Positions 1-11,858 are shown, counted from the stretch's first letter. The stretch is 37,492 nucleotides of DNA from Octopus bimaculoides (GCF_001194135.2 NC_068992.1:18598991-18636482), one strand, 5' to 3'. Made by a program: numbers and translations. The notes: generated by a model not told the origin, from the letters alone.

Positions 1-18
1 TATATATATATGCATATA

Positions 19-200
19 TGGGTACAAAACGTCACCAGCGGTGCAAATAACAGGAAATACGTAAACAAACGAGTTAAATATGTAAACAACGAGAAAAAAA
101 GTAAACACAGAGAAAGGACCCTTCATCAGCTGCCGGTTTGCTCGAAATGAGGAGTTGACACCCGACAGCTGATGAAATGTCCTTTCTCTGTGATTACTTG
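19..200. repeat. Dispersed repeat with a 36-bp inverted repeat (101-136 / 162-197); possibly Penelope-like-element-derived
   Basis: Revcomp of 101-136 (ccggcagctgatgaagggtcctttctctgtgtttac) matches 162-197 with 4 mismatches; shares the tgggtaca..acgt start and ccttcatcagYtgcc motif with 6939-7060. Confidence 0.55.
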
Positions 201-1606
201 CCCCTGTTTTCCATTTGTGAGTTGTGAGTTCACACGTACTCTGAGCTGTTAAGAGGTTCTTAAAATGAAGATACTCTTCTTGCTAGAATTTGATCCACAA
301 AGCATTTCTTTTCTGAAAGCTAATGAATGACTTAATTCAGAAGGATAAACTGCTTTACTGTATATCATAACAAAGTTTCATAATCAGTAGATTTGATTGC
401 TGGTTGATATGAATGACTGGAAATGAACATTCAGCGTCTTTCGAAATTATCAAAGCGTGTGTTGAATTATTGGCTGTGAAGAGTGAGTCACATTTATAGT
501 TCCTCTAGCACGTATCGATAACAGCAAATATTGAAATATGATTGTTTTTACCATATTCCTTATATTCTAACATTCTTGATAATCAAAATCAATAACTAGT
601 GACGTAAGGATAGTAAAGTATTAAGAATGGAAAAGAAGCTTCGATTATTGTCATGTAGGAGTTAACATGTTTCCCGCAACAGAGAATGTACAGTGGTTCT
701 GCTGTCTATGTAAAAATGTCATATAAGAAACGAAAGGAGAAATGTGATGTTGTGAAAATGATAGTGCTTCAACATTGCTTCTTAAACAGTTATAGATTCC
801 TCAGATATGCTACACTGCTCTACAAAATGTTAGCATATACAGATGCACTTATGAAAAAAAGTCCCACTTTTTGATATTTCACTATCCTGCACTGCGAGCG
901 CACACACACAGACAATCTTTCCCAGTCATTCTCAATCAGCCCTCCATTAATGTTGATATAGAATGCCAGTGATTGAACACTCTGCCTTGAGGACAGAGAG
1001 GCCTTGAAGAAATCAGTATTAGAGAGGACATACCGAACTGATTGACTTATTGGCCGAAGAATTTACCAAACAATTGATTAGTTATTTCATTAACTAAAAA
1101 ACTGGGTGATTAATAACAATAATAAAACAAGTGAAATATAACCCGTGCGTGTGTGTTTTTTTTTTATATAATGACCCTCTAAAACTACAAAAAGTGAAAA
1201 TCCAATTGAGCACACGATTTCACATCAGGAATCTTGCAAGCGAAATACTAAAACAAAATTATCAATTAAAGATTTTTATATCGTCTGTATATTGTAAATT
1301 TGCAGAATATATTCTTGAATCATACAATAAAAATAAAAAAAAAAAAATCAAAGAATGAGGATAACAGCACAAAACATAGTTGATTATATACTCATATAGA
1401 CTATATAATGGCAACACACTTTCATTCAAAAACATTTATTAAAACATAAACATAGAACTTTGGAAACAACTAAAGCTAGTTGATACCAATAAAACGGTAA
1501 TGTTTAGCAACCATTGAATACTTGCCTCATCGAGTAAAAAATTAATAGTTAATATAAAATGTTATTATACAAGTTCACTTAATCTTAACTTTGCTTGTTT
1601 ATTTGC

Positions 1607-1634
1607 TATTATTATTATTATTAAATAATCGTCA

Positions 1635-1703
<69 letters not shown>
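1607..1703. repeat. (ATT)n microsatellite
   Basis: Direct observation. Confidence 0.95.
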
Positions 1704-1705
<2 letters not shown>

Positions 1706-1945
1706 TAGTTTTATTTTGATAACGTGCTTTCACTTCACTACCGAGCCTTGAGCTAAAATTTGAAACCATTATTATGAGTTTTTTCTTTTTTCATTTTCTG
1801 TGGAACTGGCATAATCTTTACTGCACCGGGCAAAATGCTTAGGAGCATTTGTCCGACTGTACGCTCTGAGTTCAAACATGGTAAATACAAAGAATCTTGC
1901 TGCGCACGAGAAATCATCTCCACTCAACGAAAACTGGAGCTGAAT

Positions 1946-2004
1946 ATGACACACCTTTTAATGACACACCTTTTAATGACACACCTTTTAATGACACATT
2001 TTTA
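1946..2004 (+). repeat. 15-bp minisatellite ATGACACACCTTTTA, about 4 copies
   Basis: Three exact copies plus one 14-bp variant. Confidence 0.95.
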
Positions 2005-2609
2005 ATGCCACGCCTGACTGAAATAAACACAGTAAAAAAATTCCACTGTCATATCAGAATAACTCACTCTACCTCAACTTTCGCTTGGCGCACACCCTGC
2101 GATTATATACGTTTCGTCTCCTTTTCTCATTACCATTCCTATACAACCGATTCCTCTGTCTATCTACACCTCACCAAATCTCCATTCACATTACTACAAC
2201 AGCCTTGGGTGCAACTTATTTAAAACTTATATAAAACTCAGAACGACTCAACTTAATCGCCGTCTCATGACGTTGAACAAGTTGCAATTTTGGGGCCAAT
2301 GTCCACATTTTCTTTGTAAATATATGTGCGTGTATGAGAGAGAGGTCACATTTTTATGCACATATGCGTATTCATACATGCATACAGAATCATGCACACA
2401 CACACACACACATATCCACATTACATTATGTGTGGATACATTCTACATTATTTTATTTATGTTTGATATAAATATATTTGATTACACAGTTTGGATGAAC
2501 CCTGTGTTTTATCCTCTGACTTTTCTCTGTAACACAAGCCGAAGAAACGTGCCGGTCAATATGCATGTCTATTACCAACAAGGCTGAGAATATCTTCTCT
2601 GTTTTACAG

Positions 2610-2660
2610 AGAAAGAAAATAGATTACGACAAATTAAAAACTACGAGAAAATAAAAGCAG
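2610..2660 (+). CDS. Candidate 51-bp internal coding exon (phase 1 to 1), KENRLRQIKNYEKIKA; protein unidentified
   Basis: Acceptor tcttctctgttttacag| and donor GCAG|gtaaga; only one of three frames is open; no homology recognised. Confidence 0.45.
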
Positions 2661-2879
2661 GTAAGACGCGCCTTGTGATACCAAGAAAAACCAGAAGAAT
2701 CTCATTGCTTTAGAACATAGTTTTTTCTTCTTACAAGCCATATAAAGTGTTTTTCTTAAACATTATATAAACTTATTTATTGCAATCAGCCGTCACTCAC
2801 GATCGAGTATAATTCGTTTATATCTTAGCTTCCCTTCGTTAATTATTTTCGTTGCTTATGTAGTCACGCGCAGACATAG

Positions 2880-3050
2880 ATAATCTCTCGACCTCTCAAA
2901 ACTTGACTCTCGGGCACATTACAATGAATCTGGGTAGATTGGTCTAACATGAAATGAAGTGTCTTGCTCAAGGACGTAAAACGCCATCGTTCCAACAATT
3001 GAACTCACGACCTTCAGATCAAGAGACATAAACGCTACCAACTAGATTGC
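2880..3050 (-). mobile_element. Degenerate tRNA-SINE fragment
   Basis: gtcttgctcaagga..cacaac-type core and ttgaactcacgacc (antisense B-box) segment. Confidence 0.45.
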
Positions 3051-3218
3051 GAACGTTCCCTCTTTCGATCTATGACTTTTTCTATCCAATGTATTTTTAA
3101 CGCAATATCGTTTTTATTAGTCAGATGCTTGTATTTATAGCTATATCTACTTCAAGCTACACAGTTAAAACCGAATTATTCCACGTGACTAGAAGTTTCT
3201 GAAATCTTATGAACTACA

Positions 3219-3324
3219 TCTATCTATCTATCTATATATCTATCTATCTATCTATCTATTTATCTATCTACCTACCTATCTATCTACCTACCTATCTATC
3301 TACCTACCTACCTACCTACCTATC

Positions 3325-3403
<79 letters not shown>
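3219..3403. repeat. (TATC)n/(TACC)n microsatellite
   Basis: Direct observation; explains ORF 3209..3451. Confidence 0.95.
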
Positions 3404-4109
3404 GCATACCTGTACATACTTAAATATCGTACGTATAAATGTTCAATATGATAAAAAAATTTATGAAAACATATCCATTGCCATGTAACTTAACAGATAC
3501 TGTTTCAATAAATCAGCATAATATTTTTATGTTTCATGAATATAATGATAGACGAATAAAATATTTTTGACTGCGTTCTGAAGGTTTCAATAAAACGATT
3601 TTAGCTGTGTATCCACTAACTGAATGCATCAAATCTCTTGACAATATCGAAGTGCGTATTGGTAAATATACATTCATTGACTCAAATACTAATCAATTTT
3701 TTTCCATATCCCCATCTTTTTTATTAGATGTTCAATACTATAAAATATTACTATAGGCGTATATTCGTATAACATACGCTTTTGGTAAATATTTTTGTTC
3801 TTGTTATCATTAATTTTCTTTTTCTTTTTGCTATCATTAAATTATATTTCTTTTCAATTCACTACCATTGAGTAATGGTTTAAACACATGATACAGACCT
3901 TCGGTAATATCTTTAAACATTAAACACTCTGCAACACTAATGGGATATTAATATTTAAGACTACATATACAAGGGAATAACTAGCATAGTGGAGGGCTGA
4001 GATAAATGTCTCACTATTATAAGTTCAAAATATGCCAGATACCAGTTCTGTTACAGGGAGCTGATATCGGTCTGAGGCTATGTAAAACAAATATCAATGT
4101 TTACCGCCA

Positions 4110-4323
4110 TATAAGGCGGTGAACTGGCAGAATCGTAGCATGCCGGGCGAAATGCTTAGTGGCATTTCATCCGTCTTTACGTTTAGAGTTCAAATTCTGC
4201 CGAGGTAGATTTGCTTTTCATCCTTTCGGGGGTCGATAAAATAAGTACCAGTTGAACAGTGGGGTCGATGTAATCGACTTTCACCCCCTACCGAAATTGC
4301 TGGCCTTGTCCTAAAATATGAAA
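4110..4323 (+). mobile_element. tRNA-derived SINE, family A (possibly octopus OR-type)
   Basis: Head ggcggtgaactggcagaatcg with gagttcaaattc B-box; flanked by a 16-bp TSD tcaatRtttRccgcca (4094-4109 / 4324-4339). Confidence 0.9.
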
Positions 4324-4387
4324 TCAATATTTGCCGCCACAAATAAGAGAATTATAGAATATTTAGGGTGCCAGACAAATTGCTATA

Positions 4388-4605
4388 CATTCTTTTTCTA
4401 CTCTAGGCACAAAGCCCGAAGTTTTTTGAGGAAAGCCAGTAGATCAGATCGACCTCAGTACGCAACTGGTACTTAATTTATCGACCCTGAAACGATGAAA
4501 GGTAAAGTCGACCTCGGCGGAATTTGAACTCAGAACGTAAAGACTGACAAAATACTGCCAAGCATTTCGCCCAGCATTCTAACGTTTCTGCCAGCTCACC
4601 GCCAT
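4388..4605 (-). mobile_element. tRNA-derived SINE, family A, inverted relative to 4110-4323
   Basis: Revcomp reads atggcggtgagctggcagaaacg...gagttcaaattccgccgaggtcgac...gtagaaaaagaat. Confidence 0.9.
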
Positions 4606-4623
4606 TTTTTTTTAGCCTGTGAC

Positions 4624-4741
4624 GCTTACAGTACATAGGTGTTCCAAGCGGTCCACCCATCTAAGTCCTCACTAGGCTCGACGTTGCTTAACTTCGGTGA
4701 TCGGACGAGAAGCGGTGTTTCAACGTGATATGACTGTAAGC
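4624..4741 (-). pseudogene. Full-length (118 nt) diverged 5S rRNA copy, probable pseudogene
   Basis: Revcomp GCTTACAGTCATATCACGTTGAAACACCGCTTCTCGTCCGATCACCGAAGTTAAGCAACGTCGAGCC...GATGGGTGGACCGCTTGG...TGTAAGC matches the metazoan 5S consensus; 9-bp helix I intact; altered C box; no immediate oligo-T terminator. Confidence 0.9.
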
Positions 4742-5187
4742 CAAACTGCTGTATATTATGTATTTTAAAATACTCGGTTGAAATTCCAGCGAAATATGGA
4801 ACTACATTTAGCCTTTCTTTCTACACACGATGAAGATATGTTCATCGATAATGCTTTTTAGAAATATATGAATTGAAACGCCTACATTTACTCTTCGATT
4901 CCGTTTCCAAATATTTTGTGCATGAGTCTGAAATTATAAAAATTGCTAGCAACTTATTTTTATGATTGTGCTTATCTGTTAATTTTTGAAATTTTCATTC
5001 ATATATTTTATTCTTCGCGGATATTATAGGTCAGATGCTTATAGAAATAAATATTTACTTCCCAATTTAGTTAGCAGATGAATTGTCAACAGAGAGGTGT
5101 TGCGGTTTCTTTTTCTTTTTTTTTCTTTTTGTAAACATATTACAGTTATAACAAGCAAGAATTATCAGTCCTCATTATGGTCTAGGC

Positions 5188-5365
5188 TAGTGCTCCGCAG
5201 CCGGTATGCCCCGGAACACTGGTGTGCCACGAGACGATGCAAGGTATGTCTCAGTGTAATCTGAATATAATTTTTTCCTTATACTTCTAGTTATATTTTT
5301 AATTCAGTTGTGCCGCTGAATTTTGAAAAGAATATAAGTGTGCCGCAAGTGGGGAGCACTCACTA
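5188..5365. mobile_element. hAT-Charlie-type MITE
   Basis: Ends tagtgctccgca / tggggagcact(cact)a; 8-bp TSD gtctaggc / gtctaggg fitting the NTCTARAN preference; internal gtgtgccgc repeats. Confidence 0.8.
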
Positions 5366-6655
5366 GTCTAGGGGACCAAAATGTAAAAGGCATTGTTCTA
5401 GAGGGTGGGGAGAGACCCGCACGAGCATGGTTAATGAATAGTATCCATCAAATATGAATGGTGATATAAGTTGTAATTCTTCTATGTAATCCAGTGACAA
5501 AACCTCGACAAACAAAATTTACTCAAAGAGATGTTCGAAAAGTTACTATCGTCCTGTTCTTTGTGTTTCGAATTACTGTACCTTGGATTGGCGTATTTAA
5601 TATATGCACCATATTTGCGGATAATCAATTGCTATTTGTAGCGTATTTAATGGTTCCATTGTGGTTTGGCTTTGTTCTGCGATAGACACACTTTAATTCC
5701 GAGCAAATGGTATTACAGTTAGAAAAATAATGACAAACAAATTAGATGCAGACCGCTCCTCAATTCAGTAACATCATGTTGTTTTCAAGTGTTTAATGCT
5801 CCCACATACCAAATCATTAAAGAGAAAGGCAAAAAGAGAAAAGAGAAAGGCAAAAAAAAAAAAGAAAAGAAAATATGTTTTGTGAGATTCAGTTATATAT
5901 TATCCTCCGCTATTAATCACTTCGCTTTCAATTCCATGAAATTACACTAAAATGCGGACTATTTATATTCCAAGTGTATATTTGTATAAACAAAGAGATG
6001 AACTCATGGCAATATATGTGAGTTAGTATGACTCAAGCTGTTTGGCAGCGATCTGGTTTAAGTTCGGCATTTGAGTGGATATGCATTTCTTTTCTACTTT
6101 GCAACTCCTCAAAGAGCGGTTAACGAAACGAGTAGAGTGGACCAACTGCCTGAATCACCTCAAACATACATACATACATACATAAACATAAATAAATACA
6201 TTCACTCGCTCACATACACACGCGCGCACATATATCAATGAACTGTCGCTGATCTTTAAAGAATAATTTGACAAGTAATGATTTCTATAGACTAACAGGA
6301 AAGTAGCTGATCACTTGCTAATGAGTTATTTACAAGCGGGGAGTCTTAGCGAATTGGCTTCAGGATATGAAAATTTGTTTATTTCGGTTAATCGTTTTGT
6401 AGGAGTGGTTTCAGTTACACAGCAAAATTATTTAGGCAACGCAGATACAAGGACTAGAAGCATCAGCAGATTGACTAATCAACGAGGCCGTCTATACGTT
6501 TTTGACTTAGCATAGTAGATTTAAGAGCAGTATCTTCGTCAAGCTACATCAGTGTTGAAACGCAGTATTACGTAACGTAGTAGGATACGTACTTTGCCTG
6601 ACAAAAAGGGCGGGTTCGGCATTGGTCTTATGTATTTCATCGAAAGTCCATTTAG

Positions 6656-6829
6656 TCAGAAGCTAGTATGGTAAGAAGCTTGCTTCCCAACCACATGGTT
6701 CCAGGTTCAGTTCCGCTGTGTGGCAACTTGAGCAAGTGTCTTCTACTATAGCCTCAGGCCGTCAAAGGCATTGTGAGTGGATTTGGCAGACATAAACTTA
6801 TAGAAGCCCGTCGTATATATATATACGAC

Positions 6830-6867
<38 letters not shown>

Positions 6868-7421
6868 CAAATAATATGTGAGTATATGCATATATACGTA
6901 CATGTATGTACATACCTACATCTACATGTATATATAGATGCATATCTGGGTACAGGACGTTACAAAAAAACGTGGACAAAATGAAAAACAGAACATAAAC
7001 AGAGTACAGAAAACACATAGGCGACATAGAGAACATTTCCTTCATCAGTTGCCACCATTCTAAAACTATGCGTTTCGAAGAGTTAGGGCAGGACGCATTG
7101 TGAGAATGGCTCTTCTCGCGGAAACAAATTAAATTTGTAGTGCCGAGGAATATCGTTGCGAACAGAAAACATGACAGGAAAACCAAACATTGAACATAAA
7201 CAAGAAGAGCTAGTAGGGCCAGACGTGAAAACATATGTCTGTGCTTGTCCCCCGTATCACATCGCTTGACAACCGATGTTGGAGTGTTTACGTCCTCGTA
7301 ACTTAGTGGTTCGGCAAAAGAGGCAAGTAGAATAAGTACTAGGTTTACAAAGAATAGATCCTGGAGTCGATTTGTTCGAATACAGGCGGTACTCCGGCAT
7401 GAAATGACTGAAACAAGTAAA
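6656..7421 (+). mobile_element. tRNA-derived SINE, family B, interrupted by an insertion in its internal microsatellite
   Basis: Head (tggtaagaagcttgcttcccaaccac..ggttcagttcc), core gcaagtgtcttctactatagcc, resumes at about 7236 (catcgcttgacaaccgatg..gaataagtactagg) and ends gactgaaacaagtaaa. Confidence 0.85.
6935..7235 (-). mobile_element. Nested insertion, same family as 19-200; possible Penelope-like terminal fragment
   Basis: Shares motifs with 11-135; minus strand carries GAAACGC and CTGATGAAGG halves; family assignment is inference. Confidence 0.45.
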
Positions 7422-7789
7422 CGTATTTGGTTTGCAAAATTCTTTACGTTAGTTCCTGTGTTGAAGCATATTTTATCGTTTCTGGGGAGTGTCAATCTGC
7501 TTTAATGCCATATTAATTAACACACTCACAGGTTTAATTTCCACTTCTTAAAAAAAATTTTCGTTTCCTCCTGCAACCTCTTCAATGCTTGTTGACTGTC
7601 CGTTATCAGAGCTGCGTTCTTTTAGTCTGTTTGCTTGTGCATATGTCAGTGTGCTTGTGTGTATACATATGTATGTATGTATGTACGTACGTACGTACGT
7701 AAGATTGGTGGAATCGAGTACGTCTAAATTGCGCTAGGCTGGCCATCTTGTCAGAATGAATGACGAAATAATACCCAAAGTCCTCATGT

Positions 7790-7952
7790 ACAGCCAACAT
7801 GTGTTTGAGGGAATACGATCCAGCTCAGTCATAGTCAGTAGTGGATTCCAGCAAGGTATTGTTTTGGATTCTCTCCTCTTCATTATCTACATCAATTACA
7901 TAGTAGACATCATTAAACATTCTATACTGAAAATCTTTGCAGATGATTCCAA
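7790..7952 (+). mobile_element. CR1/L2-like LINE reverse transcriptase fragment (decayed)
   Basis: SGFQQGIVLDSLLFIIYINYI...LKIFADDSK matches the SGVPQGSVLGPLLFxIYIND...FADD RT motifs. Confidence 0.85.
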
Positions 7953-8019
7953 ATGGTACACTTCCGTTCTACGAGTAATTCACTCTGAAAAAGTAGGTTT
8001 CTCATACATACAAGGCATA

Positions 8020-8381
8020 GCTCTGTAGGAGCATGTAAAGCTGTGTTTAAGCAGTTCGCCTTGTAACCAGATGGTTTCCGGTTCAGTCCTTCTACGTGGC
8101 ACCCCGAGCAACAGTCTTCTACAATAAGCCCGGCGTACCAATCACATGGTTCCGTGTTCAGTTCCACTGCGTGGCACCTTGGGCAATTGTCTTCTACCAT
8201 AGCGTCGGGCGGGCGAAAGCTTTGTGAATGGATTTGGTAGACGGAAACCGAAAGGAGCCCGTTGTATATATATATATATATATATATATATACGTTTGTA
8301 TGTCTCTGTTTGTCCGTCCACCTTCGCTTCACAACCAATGTTGGTTTGTTAACGTCCCCGTAACCCAGAGTTTCGGCAAGT
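8020..8381 (+). mobile_element. Family B SINE with a tandemly duplicated 5' head; runs into a gap
   Basis: Two successive acca...ggttcagtYc..cgtggcacc..gtcttctac segments (about 8060-8130 and 8136-8200). Confidence 0.8.
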
Positions 8382-9265
8382 NNNNNNNNNNNNNNNNNNN
8401 NNNNNNNNNNNNNNNNNNNNNNNNNNNNNNNNNNNNNNNNNNNNNNNNNNNNNNNNNNNNNNNNNNNNNNNNNNNNNNNNNNNNNNNNNNNNNNNNNNNN
8501 NNNNNNNNNNNNNNNNNNNNNNNNNNNNNNNNNNNNNNNNNNNNNNNNNNNNNNNNNNNNNNNNNNNNNNNNNNNNNNNNNNNNNNNNNNNNNNNNNNNN
8601 NNNNNNNNNNNNNNNNNNNNNNNNNNNNNNNNNNNNNNNNNNNNNNNNNNNNNNNNNNNNNNNNNNNNNNNNNNNNNNNNNNNNNNNNNNNNNNNNNNNN
8701 NNNNNNNNNNNNNNNNNNNNNNNNNNNNNNNNNNNNNNNNNNNNNNNNNNNNNNNNNNNNNNNNNNNNNNNNNNNNNNNNNNNNNNNNNNNNNNNNNNNN
8801 NNNNNNNNNNNNNNNNNNNNNNNNNNNNNNAGATGGAAACAACAGGAAGATGTTCACAAACAATACTTAATTAAGTGAAATTTCCCTCTTAGCTGGTGGA
8901 ATGTCAAAATGGCGTCTGAATGTTAATTTTACAATTAATGGCGACTGAAATTTCAAAATGAGTTTTGCCAGTGGGATATATTTTCTTTGAAACAAGTTTA
9001 GTTTCATTCCCATCTGTGTATTTATGTCACCTTACTGTTGTTTATTTCGAGTGAATAGGTCAGGTTAAATTCTGTGAGACATTGATCCACTCAATTTAAG
9101 ATCAAATTATCAAATTATCAAAACTTATGCGCGTTCTCAAGAGGATATTATAGACTACGTGATCTTATCATTTCGAAATTCCTCCAATATTTATGCAAAC
9201 ACAATACAGAATACTTATCTACATACATTTATATATATATACATACATATATAAATACATACATG

Positions 9266-9306
<41 letters not shown>

Positions 9307-9399
9307 CCCTCTTCTCTCTCTCTCTCTGTATATATATGTATATATATATAATAAATGCGAAAACGATATTCTGTGTGTCAGTGTATCACAATTTGAACC

Positions 9400-9828
9400 C
9401 CCTCTCACTATTCAATGACACTTCTTCTACTCCTCTTGGTGGGGTAAGAGTAATAGTAAGCAGAGAGACGGTGAGGGCGGTAGTAGATTGACAATTCAGA
9501 TGGTAATGGGGTGATAGTAATAGTATGAGCTGTAGTCGTGATAGAGGCGGAGGTTACAGTGATGATCGTGGTGGTGGTGGTAGCTGAGGCGGTCAAGCAT
9601 GACGGTGATAGTATGGGATGTGAAAGACAGTGGTGATGGTGGTGGAGGGGAAGGCGTCGAAATCAAAGGTGTTGATGTTGGTGGCTGAATGGTGTGTGTA
9701 TGGTAGTTGTTGTGGCGATAGTGGTAGTAGTGGTGATGGCTGAAAACAATCAACAAAGAGAGAGAGTGTGAGAGAGAGAGAGAGGGGGAGAGAGAGAGAG
9801 GGAGAGAGAGAGAAAGAGAGAGAGAAAG

Positions 9829-9869
<41 letters not shown>

Positions 9870-9870
9870 G
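9400..9870. repeat. Degenerate (GGT/GAT)-rich low-complexity tract followed by (GA)n
   Basis: Direct observation. Confidence 0.8.
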
Positions 9871-10038
9871 ACAAAGACAGAAAAAAAAATTGTACTGACC
9901 GATTCCTTCCCGAATGAGAAAACAAAAACTGTTTATCATGAAGCTTTGCAATAAGTTCCAAGTCGACATATTAAATCGTTTTGATGACAATTGTTCACTG
10001 CTTCAAAAATATTTGTCAAGTTTAATAAAATTTAATAT

Positions 10039-10388
10039 GGCGTAGGAGTGGCTGTGTGGTAAGTAGCTTACGAACCACATATTTCCGGGTTCAGTCCCAC
10101 TGCATGGCACCTTGGGTAAGTGTCTTCTACTATGGCCTCGGGCTGACCAAAGTCTTGTGAGTGGATTTGGTAGATGGAAACTGAAAGAAGCCCGTCGCAT
10201 ATATGTATATATATATATATGTATGTGTGTGTATATGTTTGTGTGTCTGTGTTTGTCCCCCCCCCCCAACATCGCTTGGTGTGTTTACGTCCCCGTAACC
10301 TAGCGGTTCGGCCAAATTGACCGATAGAATAAGTACTAGGCTTACAAAGAATAAGTCCTGGGTTCGATTTGCTCGACTAAAGGGGGTG
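10039..10388 (+). mobile_element. Family B SINE, near full length
   Basis: ggcgtaggagtggctgtgtggtaag head, gggttcagtcccactg B-box, internal TA/TG repeat, 3' domain up to the gap. Confidence 0.9.
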
Positions 10389-10844
10389 NNNNNNNNNNNN
10401 NNNNNNNNNNNNNNNNNNNNNNNNNNNNNNNNNNNNNNNNNNNNNNNNNNNNNNNNNNNNNNNNNNNNNNNNNNNNNNNNNNNNNNNNNNNNNNNNNNNN
10501 NNNNNNNNNNNNNNNNNNNNNNNNNNNNNNNNNNNNNNNNNNNNNNNNNNNNNNNNNNNNNNNNNNNNNNNNNNNNNNNNNNNNNNNNNNNNNNNNNNNN
10601 NNNNNNNNNNNNNNNNNNNNNNNNNNNNNNNNNNNNNNNNNNNNNNNNNNNNNNNNNNNNNNNNNNNNNNNNNNNNNNNNNNNNNNNNNNNNNNNNNNNN
10701 NNNNNNNNNNNNNNNNNNNNNNNNNNNNNNNNNNNNNNNNNNNNNNNNNNNNNNNNNNNNNNNNNNNNNNNNNNNNNNNNNNNNNNNNNNNNNNNNNNNN
10801 NNNNNNNNNNNNNNNNNNNNNNNNNNNNNNNNNNNNNNTATATA

Positions 10845-10934
10845 TATTCTTTTATTCTTTTACTTTTCTCAGTCATTTGACTGCGGCTATGCTAGAGAAC
10901 TGCCTTTAGTCGAACAAATCGACCCCAGGACTTA
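10845..10934 (-). mobile_element. Family B SINE 3' end
   Basis: Revcomp ataagtcctggggtcgatttgttcgactaaaggc..gcagtcaaatgactgag..aaagaata tail. Confidence 0.8.
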
Positions 10935-10937
10935 TAT

Positions 10938-10976
<39 letters not shown>

Positions 10977-11214
10977 TGCGCGCGTGTGTGTGTGTATCTT
11001 TATATATCTGCACGTATGATTCCCTATACGGAGCTTAATAATTATTTATATCTACAACAGTTTCTCTTTAGCTCTTACATTTAATCCTGCAATATTTCGT
11101 ATTTATATACACGTAATTCAAATTTCCGATCATAGGACACAACTCGGTGTTACTTAGCATAGATAAGTTATTCATAACCAAACATATTGATTTCTATCTT
11201 TTATAAAAGCTCCA

Positions 11215-11295
11215 CACCGTGCCAGACCAGACCAGACCACACAACACCAGAACACACCAGACCACACCAGACCACTGCAGACCAAACCATTCCAA
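11215..11295. repeat. Degenerate (CCAGA/CCACA)n pentanucleotide repeat
   Basis: Direct observation. Confidence 0.85.
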
Positions 11296-11817
11296 TCTGA
11301 CTATGAAATAACTCTCGCTCAATGCCACGACCTTTTGTTTTACTTTTAAGAAATAGTTGCCACATAGAGTGTACATTTGGCAACACCACGTCAGTTCAAA
11401 TTGTTTCAAGTCAAATTTGGGTTAGCATTTTATTGAATAAATATTGCCATGCTTCGTGTTTGGCCATGTTTTACCCTCTCTCTGTGTGTCTGTCTCTCTC
11501 TTTCACACACACTAAATCACACACCCATACACACACACAAACACTGACACTAACACACCCAGTATCACTTTCTTGTTATCTTTCAATCATGCTTTCGTGT
11601 TTCTTTGTTTTCAGGAGTCAAAACGAACATGAACGTTAGGAAAACAAAAATCTATCTTCCCCAACACCAAAAGCACATTTAAAGATTTCTCTCTCACAGC
11701 AAGTGTAATTATAAAATTATAATTATAAATACAATATAGATGTATATGAATTATCATTTTTCATTACAAACTGCTGCAACAGAAGATCCTGCAATGTTTC
11801 TTAACTACACTTCTGTA

Positions 11818-11820
11818 TTG

Positions 11821-11858
<38 letters not shown>

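Noticed and set aside
5146-5243. Apparent conserved coding exon
   Set aside because: Mostly a hAT MITE with TIRs and an 8-bp TSD; kept only as an exonisation candidate
7040-7085. GAAACGC...CTGATGAAGG on the minus strand as a hammerhead
   Set aside because: Halves are in permuted order and stems I and II cannot be paired convincingly
6746-7495. 249-aa minus-strand ORF
   Set aside because: Antisense read-through of a SINE, a nested repeat and microsatellites; no protein motifs
11615-11690. Strong acceptor ttctttgttttcag at about 11614
   Set aside because: All frames close within 25 codons and there is no good donor
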